Source: Tubiluchus corallicola | Taxonomy: Eukaryota > Animalia > Priapulida | DNA: 64,000 nucleotides | Direction: 5' to 3' | Assembly (NCBI GenBank): GCA_030141605.1 | Contig: JAQGDQ010001012.1 | Location: 1-64,000, forward strand | Shown here: piece after piece, positions 25,630 to 37,387 of the stretch | Layout of the letters: each line of letters begins with the position of its first letter | Numbering within the stretch: the stretch's first letter is position 1 | Notes under the pieces: model-generated | Told to the model about the DNA's origin: nothing | The model's input: only the letters and a program-made list of their open reading frames with translations | Databases searched by the model: none | Made by a program: the position numbers and the translations under genes

Positions 25630-28451
25630 AATTTGGGAGGCAGATACGGCTACACGAAGTTCGACCTTGCTGATGCCTACAACCAGATTAAGCTGGCACC
25701 CGAGAGTCAATGCAGGCTAGCTCTCAGTACCCAACGTGGTGTATTCCTGCAGCAACGACTTCCTTTCGGAATCAAGTCAGCGCCTGGTTACTTTCAGGAG
25801 ATCATGGAGAACCTGACCAGTGATCTGCCTGGAGTTGCCATTTTCCAAGACGATATGCTCGTCAGTGGGCAAGACACAAATGATCACCTGAGCAACCTGA
25901 GATGCTTGCTCACTCGTCTGAATGACAAAGGACTCAGATGTCGTCGTAAAAAGTGCACACAACCAAGTATTGAATATCTTGGGCACACCTTATCGGCCGA
26001 AGGAGTCGCAAAAGGATCCCAGGCCGAGGCAGTCATGAAGATGCCACCTCCTACAGACGTCTCAAGCTTGAAATCGGGTTCGGTTCAGTTCTACGCGAAG
26101 TTCATCCCAAACCTGGCTACTATGGCAGAGCCTCTTTACCGCTTGACCAAGAAGACAGTCCCCTGAAAGTGGGGAGATGAGGAGCAAACAGCATTTCAAA
26201 TGCTGAAAAATATGCTATCCTCAGATCAAGTTCTTGTGCATTTCGACCCAGACAAGCCTCTGGGATTGGCTTGTGACGCGTCCAACGTTGGAATTGGAGC
26301 TGTCCTGTTTCATCGCTATCCGGACGGAAGCGAGCGCCCAATTGCCAATGTGTCCAAGACTCTCACAGCCACAGAAAGGAACTACAGCCAAATACATAAG
26401 GAAGCCCTAGCCATAATCTTCGGCTTACGGAAATTCTACCAGTACCTCTACGGGCGTCATTTCACACTGGTGACTGATCATAAGCCACTGACTTCACTCT
26501 TCGGACCGAACAAAGGGATGCCACTTCTTGCAGCTAATCGTCTAGCTTGGTGGGCCCTGTGGCTAAAATAGTTTGACTACACCATCGAGTACCAGAAAAC
26601 AGCAGGTCACGGCAATGCAGATGCCCTTAGTCGCTTCAACAGGGAGGAAAATGATGAAGACATGGACACAGTGTGTGCCATTAAAGTTCTCAGTCTTCAA
26701 GTCAAGCCTGTGGACAACAACATCCTCCGACAAGAGTCAGCGAAAGATCTAGTGCTAGCTACGGTCATGCGCTATGTCCGAGAAGGATGGCCGCCCAAGC
26801 ACGCTGAGATCAACGAAGAAGTCGAAAAGTTCCAGATGTTGTCGGATTCACTCAGTATCTGCCACGGATGCCTCATCCATGGATCAAGAGTTGTGATTCC
26901 ACGGAGCCTGCAGTCCAAGATTCTGGATCCACTACATATCGGGCAGTTCGGCATGGAATACATGAAACACTTGGCAAGAACTGCTGTCTACTGGCCCGGT
27001 ATCAATGCGGTTATCGAGATGGGTAGGCGACGATGTGATTCATGCGGAGAACATCAAAACAAGCCATCCAAGCATGCAGTTCCCCCATGGATGCTACCAG
27101 AGGAGCCATAGAGCCACTTACACCTGGATCATGCCATTAAATTCATGGGTACGAACTGGCTGTGATCACGGATGCCTACTCAAAGTATCCATGCATTCAC
27201 CCTACGTCTTCCACGTCCACTAGAACCACTCTAGATCTGCTGGAAGAGGATTTCGCTCACTTCGGATTCCCTCACATGCTAGTCACAGACAATGCGTCAC
27301 CTTCATCTCTGAAGAATTCCAGAGCTGGTGCAAAGAACGTGGATCACACATCTCACAGGAGCACCATACCATCCAGCTACCAATGGAGCAGCAGAACGCT
27401 TGGTGCAGACATTCAAGCAAGCACTCTGGAAGTCTTTCCTGCCCCCGAAGCGGCTCTTCAAGAGTTCCTGATGCAGTACCGGAGAACACCGACATCATGT
27501 GGATTCTCTCCAAGTGAACTCTTGATGTCTCGGCAGATACAGACAAGGATCGACTCTCTGTTACCCTCGCCAGTGCACACCACTCAGGGCAAGCAATCCA
27601 GGGAGTGATCTCGGTCAACTCCAGTCTCCGGAGGTGTTGTCAAGGTCACCAAGCAGTACAAGGCTGGAGATCCTGTCTATGCACTGTACTATGGACCTCA
27701 CCGAGACGGACATCCCCAATGGGTACCAGCAGTCATCAAGAAGTCTCTGGGAACTCGCTGCTTCAACGTCAAGGTCCTTCCTCATTGTCCAGTATGGAGA
27801 CGACACTTGCAACAGCTACGTCCACGCTACACTTCTCCGGAGGACTATGAACCTGGTGCTGAGACTGACTTTTCTTTTGAACTTCCACCTGATCATCCAA
27901 TTGAGATTCTGGAGGAACTGTCAGAAACTCTGAAGCAGACCGGAGCACCTCAGCCCATGTCCGAGACCAAGCCGCATGTGCCTGAGTATGGACCGGGCAA
28001 CCCCAGATGATCCAAGAGGACACCCAAGCCGAGAGAGAGACTTTGTTGCTGATGCTTTGGAGACAGCATCAATTTCGGTGGGGAGGTGTTGTGGAGATCG
28101 CTGACGTCAAGTAGAATTGCATGGAACATCGTAGAATGTTCCGTCGGGATGACCACCTTAGTGTCTGGATTGTTCTCGAACATTTGTTCGAGAAGTTTCT
28201 CTACCGCGCTATATAAGGTGAAGCAGGCTGCAGACATGGGATCACGGATTGCACATCGCACACAGATCTAACACGGACTTATACTTACACTTTATATTTA
28301 CATAAACGTTTTCCAGATTTTCACGTTTATTGTAATCATTTCAAAGTTCCTTCATCTTTGTGTAAGAATTCTCGCTCAATAAAGTAATAACATTTAACGG
28401 CGTTTTTTCTGGTTTTCTCTACGAGCCTTCCGAGAGAAACAAAACACAACA
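25630..28451 (+). mobile_element. 5'-truncated Ty3/Gypsy LTR retrotransposon (RT-RNaseH-integrase, PPT, 3' LTR)
   Basis: KFDLADAYNQI, RLPFGIKSAP, FQDD, LACDAS, TDHKPL, H..C..C integrase finger, VTDNA; stops and frameshifts present. PPT ggtggggagg precedes the LTR. Confidence 0.93.
28087..28451 (+). repeat. 3' LTR (365 bp) of the Gypsy element
   Basis: TGTTGTG...CACAACA ends, directly after the PPT. TATATAA at about 28210 and AATAAA at about 28378. Confidence 0.85.
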
Positions 28452-28880
28452 ATATCCAGACTTTATCTACTTATTAGATGATGACAAACTAAAATTACTA
28501 TTAGGCTCAAACGATTCAAAAATTCTCCAAATTGCTTGTAATTTTGTTTTAAAATGTGTCAGTTCCCAAATTCAAAATAAACTAACCAAAATAAATGTAT
28601 ACAACTAACATCATTTATGTAAACTAAATTTTACATGTGTATGCAACTATCTTAAATTTGTGTTTATGTATTTTCATGTTGTGCCATTGGGTTTATACAT
28701 CGTGGTCTGATGTAGTGTCTTTGGTTTAAATTGTTGAGTTTGACATGTGTAATTGTGTTCTTGATAACGTGGTATAGATTTTTGTAGAGCTGTATATGTG
28801 TGTAATTGTATCTTTATAATCGGTGTCTGTATTGTGTGATTTGTAATTGTGATTACCCAATAAAGTATCTTAAACATAGT

Positions 28881-29835
28881 GGTGCACAGTAAGTTTGGTA
28901 TTTTAAGTCATTTACAGGAAAGTTTGGTCTTTGTAATTTTGATACGAGGAATTTTGGTACAGTGCTAGGAAAATATGGTACCGGTGTATACAGTACGTCC
29001 AAAGTTTTGTCAATGGCACGGAACAAGTTTAGTACTAGGAAAATTCAATACAGAGAAATTTTGGTACAGGGAAAGTTTGGTGCTGTGAAAATATATTTAT
29101 GCCTACTTAAGGCTAATATTATTGCACCTGTTTTTATTTAGATTTTTGTTTGTTTGTTTGTCTGTTTCTTGCTCGCTCTTTTCTTGTCATCACTACCATT
29201 ATCATTATCATCATCACCATTATTTTTTGTCATCATTGCTACTGTTGCCATTCTTGTTGTTGCTGTTGGTGTTGGTGTTGTTATTGCTGTTTTGTTGCTG
29301 TTGTTACTGCTGTTGTTGTCATTGTTGCTATCGCTGTACGCTATCACTATCATTGTTGTTGTTACTTTTGTCATTTTGTCGTTGCTGCCCTTGTTGTTGT
29401 TATTGTTGCCATTCTTGTTGCTGCTGTTGCTGCCATGTTTTCTGACGGATAATCATTAAAAGAGGAAAGCAGACATTTAGTGGTAATCCCGAAAGCTGTT
29501 TATTGAAATACAATATGATAAACGCACCACTGTAACAATAGGTCTAAAGAAGTTCAAACTATAGTACAATACTCTACAGTTACAATTCTTGTTGCTGTTG
29601 CCATTGTTCTTGCTGTTTGTTGCTGTGGTTGTTGTTACTGTTACAGTTCTTGTAGCTGTTGTTGCTGGTTTTGTTGTTACCATTGTTGTTGTTGCTGGAC
29701 GTTGTTGTTTGTACTGTTGTTATTGCTGGTCTTGTTGTTGTTGTTGTTGTTGTTGCCATTCCTGTTGCAGTTGCCGTTGTTGCTGTTACTCTTGCCACTC
29801 GTGTTGCTGTTGTTAATTGTTGCTGATGTTGTTAG

Positions 29836-29866
<31 letters not shown>

Positions 29867-30855
29867 GCCATTCTTTTTGCAGTTGCCACTGTTGTTGTTG
29901 CTGTTGCTGTTGCTGCTGGTCTTGTTGTTGGTGGTGTTACTGCTGTCGTACTTGCTGTTGTTGTTGTTTTTATTGCTGGCAGTCCGGGCAGTGGCAGTGG
30001 TGTCGGTACTCGGGACGGGTACAGACATGATAATCAACATCACCATCGCTGCCACTGCCACCACTGCCAACAGCAGCATCATGATAGTATTACATATCAC
30101 CATCGCCACTGCCAGCAGCAGTAATAGGAGCATCAAGAAGAACGATTTTCACTCCATACTGTGGGCCTCGATCGCACAAAATCAAGCTATGCTTATACAA
30201 AATGTTCTTTCCAGTGATATCACTGTCCACCACTGCCTTTGTTCTCATCTTTGTTTGACAAACCTTGTTAAAAAACAAAAGAAAATGATCAGTTTTCCTG
30301 AAAAAATTGACCAATCTTTTCGAAAATTTGCAGTGTGAGTTGGACATTTTTCAGATTTTGTTGAAAAACTCTCAATGCATGTGCCTACACGTGTGTGGTA
30401 ATCACTGCCAAAATTTTAGCTGCCACGCAATTATGATGTTTTGCGGGTGTTTTAATAAACGAAACTTTCCAAGTGTCAAATTTCTTCCCTTGCTGAATGA
30501 ATTTCTCTACAGGAAAAATTCGATTTTCTTGTAGAAACGATTTTTATGCTGTGATATAGAAGTGCTCTCATTTTTGTTTGGTACAAAATTTTCCTTTTAC
30601 TACATTTTTCTAGTGCCAAAACTTCCTTGTACCAATATTTCTTAATACTAAACAATCCTGGTACCATGTTTTCCTCATACCATATTATCCTAGTACCAAA
30701 AATTAATTGCACCTAAAGATTATTGTACCTAAATTTGCCTATATCAGAATTACCCTGACGAACTAAAAATTCCTACCAAATTTTGCCAGTGCCAAACATT
30801 CATTGTACTAATTTTACTTGTAGCAACCTTATTTGTACCAAGCTTTCCTGTATTC
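28881..30855. mobile_element. Putative foldback-type non-autonomous DNA element with inverted arrays of a ~15-16-bp unit
   Basis: Left array of GGAAAnTTTGGTAC(A) and right array of the reverse complement GTACCAAAnTTTCC. 28913-28928 and 30837-30852 are a 15/16 inverted match. Confidence 0.55.
29140..30125. repeat. Degenerate (TTG/CTG/CAT)n low-complexity tract
   Basis: Read directly; it produces the poly-L/C/V/N/T ORFs. Confidence 0.92.
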
Positions 30856-31173
30856 GATTTCATTTCACGAAGACTATGGCTGCTTCGGCTTGCGTTTCAT
30901 AAAGTTCTCCAAAAATTGTTTTAAGTTGTTCAAAAGACGTGCAGTTGGAATATGTAGAATATTATGTGGTTTCTTTTAATTATTTTAATAATGAAAATTT
31001 TACAGCTTCATTATAATTAGATTGTGTGATTGAACTGTTAAAGCGTACTTTCCATTCTGTCTTCATAATAAAATCTCGAAAAGAAACTGTTATGTATTTA
31101 TCCATTTGTGATGTCTGGTGAATAAATTATGTTTATCAGTAATGGCTGCTTGTACGTAGTTCACAATAAAATG

Positions 31174-31191
31174 TGGCGACTCTTGATGGGA
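31174..31191 (+). promoter_or_regulatory. Primer-binding site of the Gypsy element (tRNA-Arg-like)
   Basis: TGGCGACTCTTGATGGGA just upstream of the gag ATG, close to the complement of a tRNA-Arg(UCU) 3' end as I recall it. Confidence 0.65.
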
Positions 31192-32148
31192 TAGTTATCG
31201 CTGTGTGAAGATTTTTAGTGAAAATTTAGATGGCGAATGCACAGATAATTGGATCCGTCAGCGAGTTTAATTACAGTAAGGAAGATTGGTGTAACTACCA
31301 GCAGCGGTTAGAAGCGTGGATGAGAGCGAATAATATTAATGACCAACAGAAGGTAGATGTTTTCTTGTCATTAATTGGTCCGGAAGCGTTTAGCTTAGTG
31401 TGCTCTCTTGTAACGCCAGATTCGGTGAATACAAAAACTTATGTGGAACTGACAAATAAATTATCGGATTATTATAAACCACGCCGTAATAAGATAGCCG
31501 AGAGACTAAGGCCCCGTGACAGAAAACAGCGTGAAGGTGAATCCATTGCGGAATATATTGTAGAACTACAGAAATGCAGTAAATATTGCGAATTTTCAGC
31601 TCAAGAGCTGTCTGACAACTTGCGTGACACTTTTGTGTGTGGGCTTCGCACAGGATTAATACAAGAAATTATTGGAAAGCTCTGATTTAACGTGGAACAC
31701 AGCTCGGGAGATAGCATTAAATATGGAGGCAGCTACACGAGACACAAGTACACTTTCTGGCAGCGGATATGGTTCATCCGAGGTAAACTACACTGGAAGA
31801 GGTAAAAATTTGAGAAAGAAATTGGTAAAACCTAGTTACCCGATGACTGTAAATAAACCGCATGTTTCAAGTAAATGTGGTCTCTGTTTGGGTGCGCATG
31901 AGGCATGGAGATGTCAGTTTAGGAATGCCAAATGTTATAAATGTTCAAAAATTGGGCATATCGCAAAGGTATGTAGAAGTGGACGCGGACTACCTGGAAA
32001 TACCAATAGTGTTAATCCAGACAGTGATTGTGCTGACGTGGTTCAAATTAGTTCCTTGTATAATCTTGGTACAGCAAAAAGTGCTACTACAAATGAGTAC
32101 CAAGTGAGTGTCATTGTGAACAGGAAGCCAGTTTTGTTTACAGTAGAT

Positions 32149-32867
32149 CAGTGGTTCCCAACCTTTTTCTTGCCAAGTACCCCTTCTAAATGTGGCGATC
32201 TTCAGCGTACCCCCACCTGATATTTTTCAACAAATCGTTTGAAAAACCAGTTTCCAGAAACAACGATTAATATTATCGACATTTTTTTATTTTAACTTTT
32301 TTTGAAAACATGAATTTTATCAGTGATTATTAAGAAATACGTAATTTGAACAACCTTCTCGAATATGAAAACATCAATACAGGGAAACGCGATCTTCACA
32401 GCAGTCATAATTAATGCGCACGCTGTTCTTGATGATTATCAACAAGTTTTTTGATATCAGGTTTAATTGTTGATATTGCGACTCGCATGTCGCTCCTCAA
32501 ATCCAAACGGTTTCTTGCCTTCGTCTTCAAATGTAGCATTGCACTGAAGCCTAGCTCACATTTGTATGTTGTCACAAATGGAACCAACACCTCGAAAGCC
32601 AAATACAGCACAAACAAAGCGACAAAATATAAGCTTTTCGTGGGCGGGTAAAAGTATTTTCTAGCACACTGCGCAGGAATGATATTGTTTGTGAAATATT
32701 GCCTAACCTGTAGAAAGAATATCGCGATGCTGCAACTTGGTGTATTTTACCCTTTTCACCGGATACAGAAAGAAAAAAATGTGTCGATCTGACACACCTT
32801 CTGCGTACCCCTGGCATTGCTGTTGTTACCCCCAGAGGGTACCCGTACCCCCGGTTGGGAACCACTG
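32149..32867 (-). mobile_element. Non-autonomous hAT (Charlie/Buster) element, 719 bp
   Basis: TIR CAGTGGTTCCCAACC and perfect 8-bp TSD CAGTAGAT (32141-48, 32868-75). Retains the transposase C-terminus PFVTTYKCELGFS...RNRLD. Confidence 0.96.
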
Positions 32868-33920
32868 CAGTAGATACTGGAGCTATGGTATCAGTTGTAT
32901 CAGAAACTGAGTATCAGGAAAAATTTTCTATTCTGCCTTTGCAACACACTAGTTTAAAACTTCGTAGTTACTGTGGTAATGAAGTACCAGTGTTAGGTCA
33001 AATACATGTTAGCATGTGCTATGCAGGTCAGCAAGTGACCCTTCCACTTGTTGTGGTTAAAGGTGATCGTGTTCCGTTATTGGGACGAAACTGGTTGAAG
33101 CATCTTAAGCTAAATTGGTCTGAAATTTTTAACGTATATAAGCCTACATGTGGTGCCACAGTTGATAGTGTGATGGAAAAACACAAGTCAGTTTTTCAGT
33201 CATGAAGTAAACCGATTAAAAGCTACCAAGCACACATTGAGCTTAAACAAGGTGCAAGACCTATATTTTGGAGACCACGACCAGTACCCTATGCTCTTAA
33301 GGATGCTGTGGATGAGGAGTTAACCCGGTTAGAAAACAATGGTATTATAAAGAAAGTGGAAAATAGCAAATGGGCTGCTCCAATAGTGGTTGTCCCCAAA
33401 AAGAAAACTGGGAAGGTCAGGATTTGTGGTGATTATAAGGTTACAGTAAATCAGATGGTGGAAGACGAACCGCATGATTTTCCGACAACAGCTGATATGT
33501 TTGCGACCCTATCAGGTGGTAAAATTTTTACCAAGTTGGATTTAACAAATGCCATATCAACAGCTAGAACTAAACGAAGAGTCTAAAGAATTACTGACTG
33601 TGAACACTCATCGAGGCCTTTACCAGTATCAACGTCTTGCTTTTGGTGTGAAAACTGCGCCAGCAATTTTCCAGAAAATGATGTATAAAATTTTGTGTGG
33701 TGTTGAGCATACATGTTGTAAAATAGATGATATTTTAATTAGTGCACGTGATGACAAGGAGCATGTTAAATTGCTAGATAATGTGCTTACTAGATTAGCT
33801 AACCATAATATACATCTAGGCAGAGATAAATGTTATGTAGGTGTTCAAAGTGTTGAATTTTTAGGTCATATGATTGAGCCAGCTGGAGTTAGACCTACCG
33901 AAGAAAAGGTAGAAGCCATT

Positions 33921-35103
33921 TGTTGGGAGCTAGTAGATTTTTATGGTGGGGGTGCAACTCTTTACCTCCCAACTCATCCACAAATCTGACTACCCTGTCG
34001 CGTCATCTTTTATTCACAATAAAAGGGTTGTGCAACATACGTGGGCGGTTGTTGTCCTACAATTTTCCAGAGGGCAACAAGGCATATGAACCAAAATTCA
34101 ACGACACAGGTATAATTAATATATCTTTAGTGAGGTTGCAATGTCGAAGGGCTCACTTGAAAAACCAGCGGGTCTAAGGCTTGATGTTACGTTTTACGGG
34201 GGTCTACTTAGGCGTTATGGTTTTCCATGTTGACCATGACATACATAGATTCCAAACATACCAACAACAAAATCTTATATGAAATGGAGGAAAAGATTAT
34301 GATTATGTTTACTATTTTTATTCACTTTTTACTCTGTTTAGATAAATTAGAACAGGTTAAATTATCAATAACAGTTTCGCATAAAAGCATAATGACAAAA
34401 ATGACAAAGTGAAAAGAAAACAAAATGTCTACTTATCAGTTAACCCTTCCCCTGAGAGGACAAGGACATAGGATAGGAGTCCGCGGACGTAGCTCACTCC
34501 AGTCAGTCACAGCAACACATCAACGACTTCAAGTCTATGGCCATAACAATCAACGGTGATGACGCCGGCTGCAGCACCAATCAAACATGAACTAAGGAAT
34601 GGCTCACAAGTCTCTGTGGTTGACTCAGGATACGTCCACCATCCACAACGTCTGGACACTGGTGGCTAGTCATGCCTTTCCATGTAGTTTAGAATAAGAC
34701 ACATCGCAGAAAGTTCCAACATCTCATCAGTGTGAATAAAGCTCCATCCACAACATCAAAACTGAAGTAGTTTGGTATCACCACTGATAGTCTCTTTATG
34801 TTAGATCAGTCAAATAGTAGATGTGCACAAGTTTAGTGCTTCAAAGACTCTTATAATCAAGTTTAGGATTTTAACCATTTTTTGTAGAGTAAAGTTAAAG
34901 TTAAGAGTTAACACATTTTAGCTGCTTTCAGATTCAGCAGTTACACTGTACTCTCCTGGATATCTGTGTCATGCACTTTCCAAGATCATGTTATGCATGG
35001 ATAGGTTATAGTATATTATGAAAGGAGGGGTGATAGGTAAGAAGCCCTTCCCACAGACTATACTACAGCAATATCTAGTTTAGCTATGTGTAAGAACCTT
35101 ACA
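33921..35103 (-). repeat. 3' LTR of the gag-only element
   Basis: Matches 37388-38570 except T34673 vs C38140 (by-eye comparison). Preceded on the minus strand by the purine tract AAAGGGGG. Confidence 0.96.
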
Positions 35104-35572
35104 AAAGACCCCCTTTGAAGACAATTGTTAGGGATTTTTAAGTCTAAAGTAATAACATTCTTGGACGAAAAGCACAACAATTGGCTAATACGCAAACATA
35201 GCAAAACTGACTAATCCATCAATATACATAAGATAAATCAAGTTAATAATTCACAACATTAGTCAAAAGTATTTCAATACAATGCAAGAGTGATGTCACA
35301 TTAAAAACAATAATCAGCAATTGCACACTAAACCTGACCAAAATTCTGTCGTACTGGACATGCAAATATTTGTACACATTGCAACACAAAATACATGTAC
35401 ATTTATCCAAATAATTACTATATTAGTAACAAAATCACATTATTCAATAACATGTATACCTTGACTTTAATGTTTTTCACACTAAGGTAATTTGCAAGAA
35501 AAAAGGAAATATCTTAGCAAGTAAATGCTTATTCATTGGAGATCAAGCTCTACTTAACCTAACAATTCGAAT

Positions 35573-36739
35573 TTAGGGTTTATTATTCGGTATATTGGTA
35601 AGAGAACTCGCATATACATCGGCAAGTTCAGCCATATCTGCATATGAAGTGTATGTTTGACACTTTAGATAAGAAACCATGTCCGAAGGCAGTTTGTTGT
35701 ACGCATCTTCTAGAAAGAAAATGTCACAAACTTCGTCTATTGTCTTTGGTTGTAATGAATTGATCCACAATAGACCATTCTGTTTAATTCTCTTGAAAAA
35801 TGAATTGTAATTTTCTGAGCGTTTTTTCTGTGTTGCTCTGAAATCATGTCTGAACTGATCCTTTGAAATTTTGTAGCAGTTCAAGAGATGTTCTTTGACT
35901 TTTGTGTAGTCAATAATGTCAGTAGGACTCATCTCTATCAAAAAGTCTGATGCTCTGCCTGTGAGCACTCTTCCTAAATTGGCTGAGTATTCCTCCAAAG
36001 GGACATTATGGAGTGTCATTATGTTCTCAAAGTATGTTAAGAAATGGTGAATCTTGTCTTTTGATTCATCATAATGACGCATTTTGACTGTTGTAGGTTG
36101 TTTCGTGAAAGGATTAGTTGATGTATGTGACAACACAGGTGTACTACATTTGTTAGACTCTAAGTTTATTTGTGCCATTTGTAATTTGAAGCGACGTGCT
36201 TCTTGTTTATCTTTATCAGCTAATTCCATTTTTCTTTGTTCAAATTCATACTGTATTTGCAGCATTTGTGAAAGAACTTGTAATTGTTCAGCTGACTGCA
36301 CTTTTTCAATTGTACTGAGTATTTCTTTTACCCCAAAAGTGGTATCTCTGACTTGATCAAAATCAGGGCCACCTTCTACGTTAATTATTTGTGCTGGAAC
36401 TTTTGTTCTAACGCTGGGCTTAAGGACCTGTTCCACAGTACTGAGGTTTGTTTGTTTATCAATTGGTGCTTCCACTTTATCTGCACCACCTCTATGTAAA
36501 GGGTCAAATAAGTGAGTTGGTCGTTTATCACCATCAGTACCTACTAATGTGTCTGATTTTGCTTGGGCAACCTGCTGAGATATATCTGGGTGTTTATCAT
36601 GTTGGAGTTGAGTCACTAAAATTTCATTAATTAACTCTTGCTTTGCAAGTTGACCAACTTTAATATTTAGAAATTTAGAAATTCTCTTTAACTCAGTGAC
36701 AGGTTTACTGTTTAATTCTTCATGCGTGAATGCATCCAT
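35573..36739 (-). CDS. Gag-like protein, 388 aa (HEH/SAP-like N-terminus, coiled coil, SCAN/capsid-like C-terminus)
   Basis: Uninterrupted ATG-initiated ORF between PBS and PPT. FLTYFE...LTGRA...YTKVKEHLL..Y....QFRHDFR...ELADVY is the pattern of Gypsy (Gmr1-like) Gag. Confidence 0.88.
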   Translation of the reverse strand: MDAFTHEELNSKPVTELKRISKFLNIKVGQLAKQELINEILVTQLQHDKHPDISQQVAQAKSDTLVGTDGDKRPTHLFDPLHRGGADKVEAPIDKQTNLSTVEQVLKPSVRTKVPAQIINVEGGPDFDQVRDTTFGVKEILSTIEKVQSAEQLQVLSQMLQIQYEFEQRKMELADKDKQEARRFKLQMAQINLESNKCSTPVLSHTSTNPFTKQPTTVKMRHYDESKDKIHHFLTYFENIMTLHNVPLEEYSANLGRVLTGRASDFLIEMSPTDIIDYTKVKEHLLNCYKISKDQFRHDFRATQKKRSENYNSFFKRIKQNGLLWINSLQPKTIDEVCDIFFLEDAYNKLPSDMVSYLKCQTYTSYADMAELADVYASSLTNIPNNKP

Positions 36740-37370
36740 GGTACAATAGTTTATCTCAAAAACGAGCAGGGATTTGCAATTCCAGTTTAACTAAACAAGC
36801 AATAAGTCAAGTGGCTTCTATAATAAACTTTGTATCAATAAGGTAATGTTAAACGCTTTACTATCGTTCAAGGACAGCTAAGAGCAATAAAATTTTGAAT
36901 GGCTCTATATTTACCAGCTACCGGTTTTACATGCAGCCGTTTATAAACGCAAATTTATCTGAATGTGACCAGCTAACGTTATCTGGGTCACACCGTCTGA
37001 GTGGAAATTTCTTATCAAAACAGCTGACTGAAAAACGCAGACTTGTAAGACAGTAATAGCACTGTAAACTAAGACAATTAATCGACATGCATTCAATGGC
37101 TCAAATAGAAATAATCCTAACCACAACAACAATCATATCAATAACTTCAGGCAGATAACACTAAATCCAAATTTCAAGCAAAATTAACAATATTAATATG
37201 TAGGGCCAAATTTGACAGCTTAATACTTTATGGCTTCTTTCATTCACCAAAAACAACTTTGATACTTTACTCCAAGGTTAATAACTTGGTTAGTCTACTT
37301 AAGCAAAACTACTAAGCAGAATGAAAAATAAACATTTGCAACTTTGTAAAATGGGTTTGTTATAAAGAAA

Positions 37371-37383
37371 ACCGTTGCCACCA
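37371..37383 (-). promoter_or_regulatory. Primer-binding site (tRNA-Leu-like)
   Basis: Minus strand TGGTGGCAACGGT lies 4 nt inside the 5' LTR, one mismatch from the common tRNA-Leu PBS TGGTGGCAGCGGT. Confidence 0.75.
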
Positions 37384-37387
37384 AATA

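Noticed and set aside
28881-29095. Short spaced repeats resembling a CRISPR array
   Set aside because: Eukaryotic context, contiguous degenerate ~15-bp units, no unique spacers and no cas genes.
29122-30347. Cys/His/Leu/Thr-rich ORFs suggesting a metallothionein-, mucin- or membrane-like protein
   Set aside because: Open in several frames on both strands because of trinucleotide low complexity; no splice or domain support.
33920-34412. Duplicated 85-aa and 61-aa ORFs (also at 37375-37879)
   Set aside because: They lie inside the LTRs, antisense to the element, with no recognisable motifs; their identity simply reflects LTR identity.
34700-34735. CTGATGAG on the minus strand of the LTR as a hammerhead core
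   Set aside because: No stem II followed by GAAA, so the catalytic core cannot be completed.
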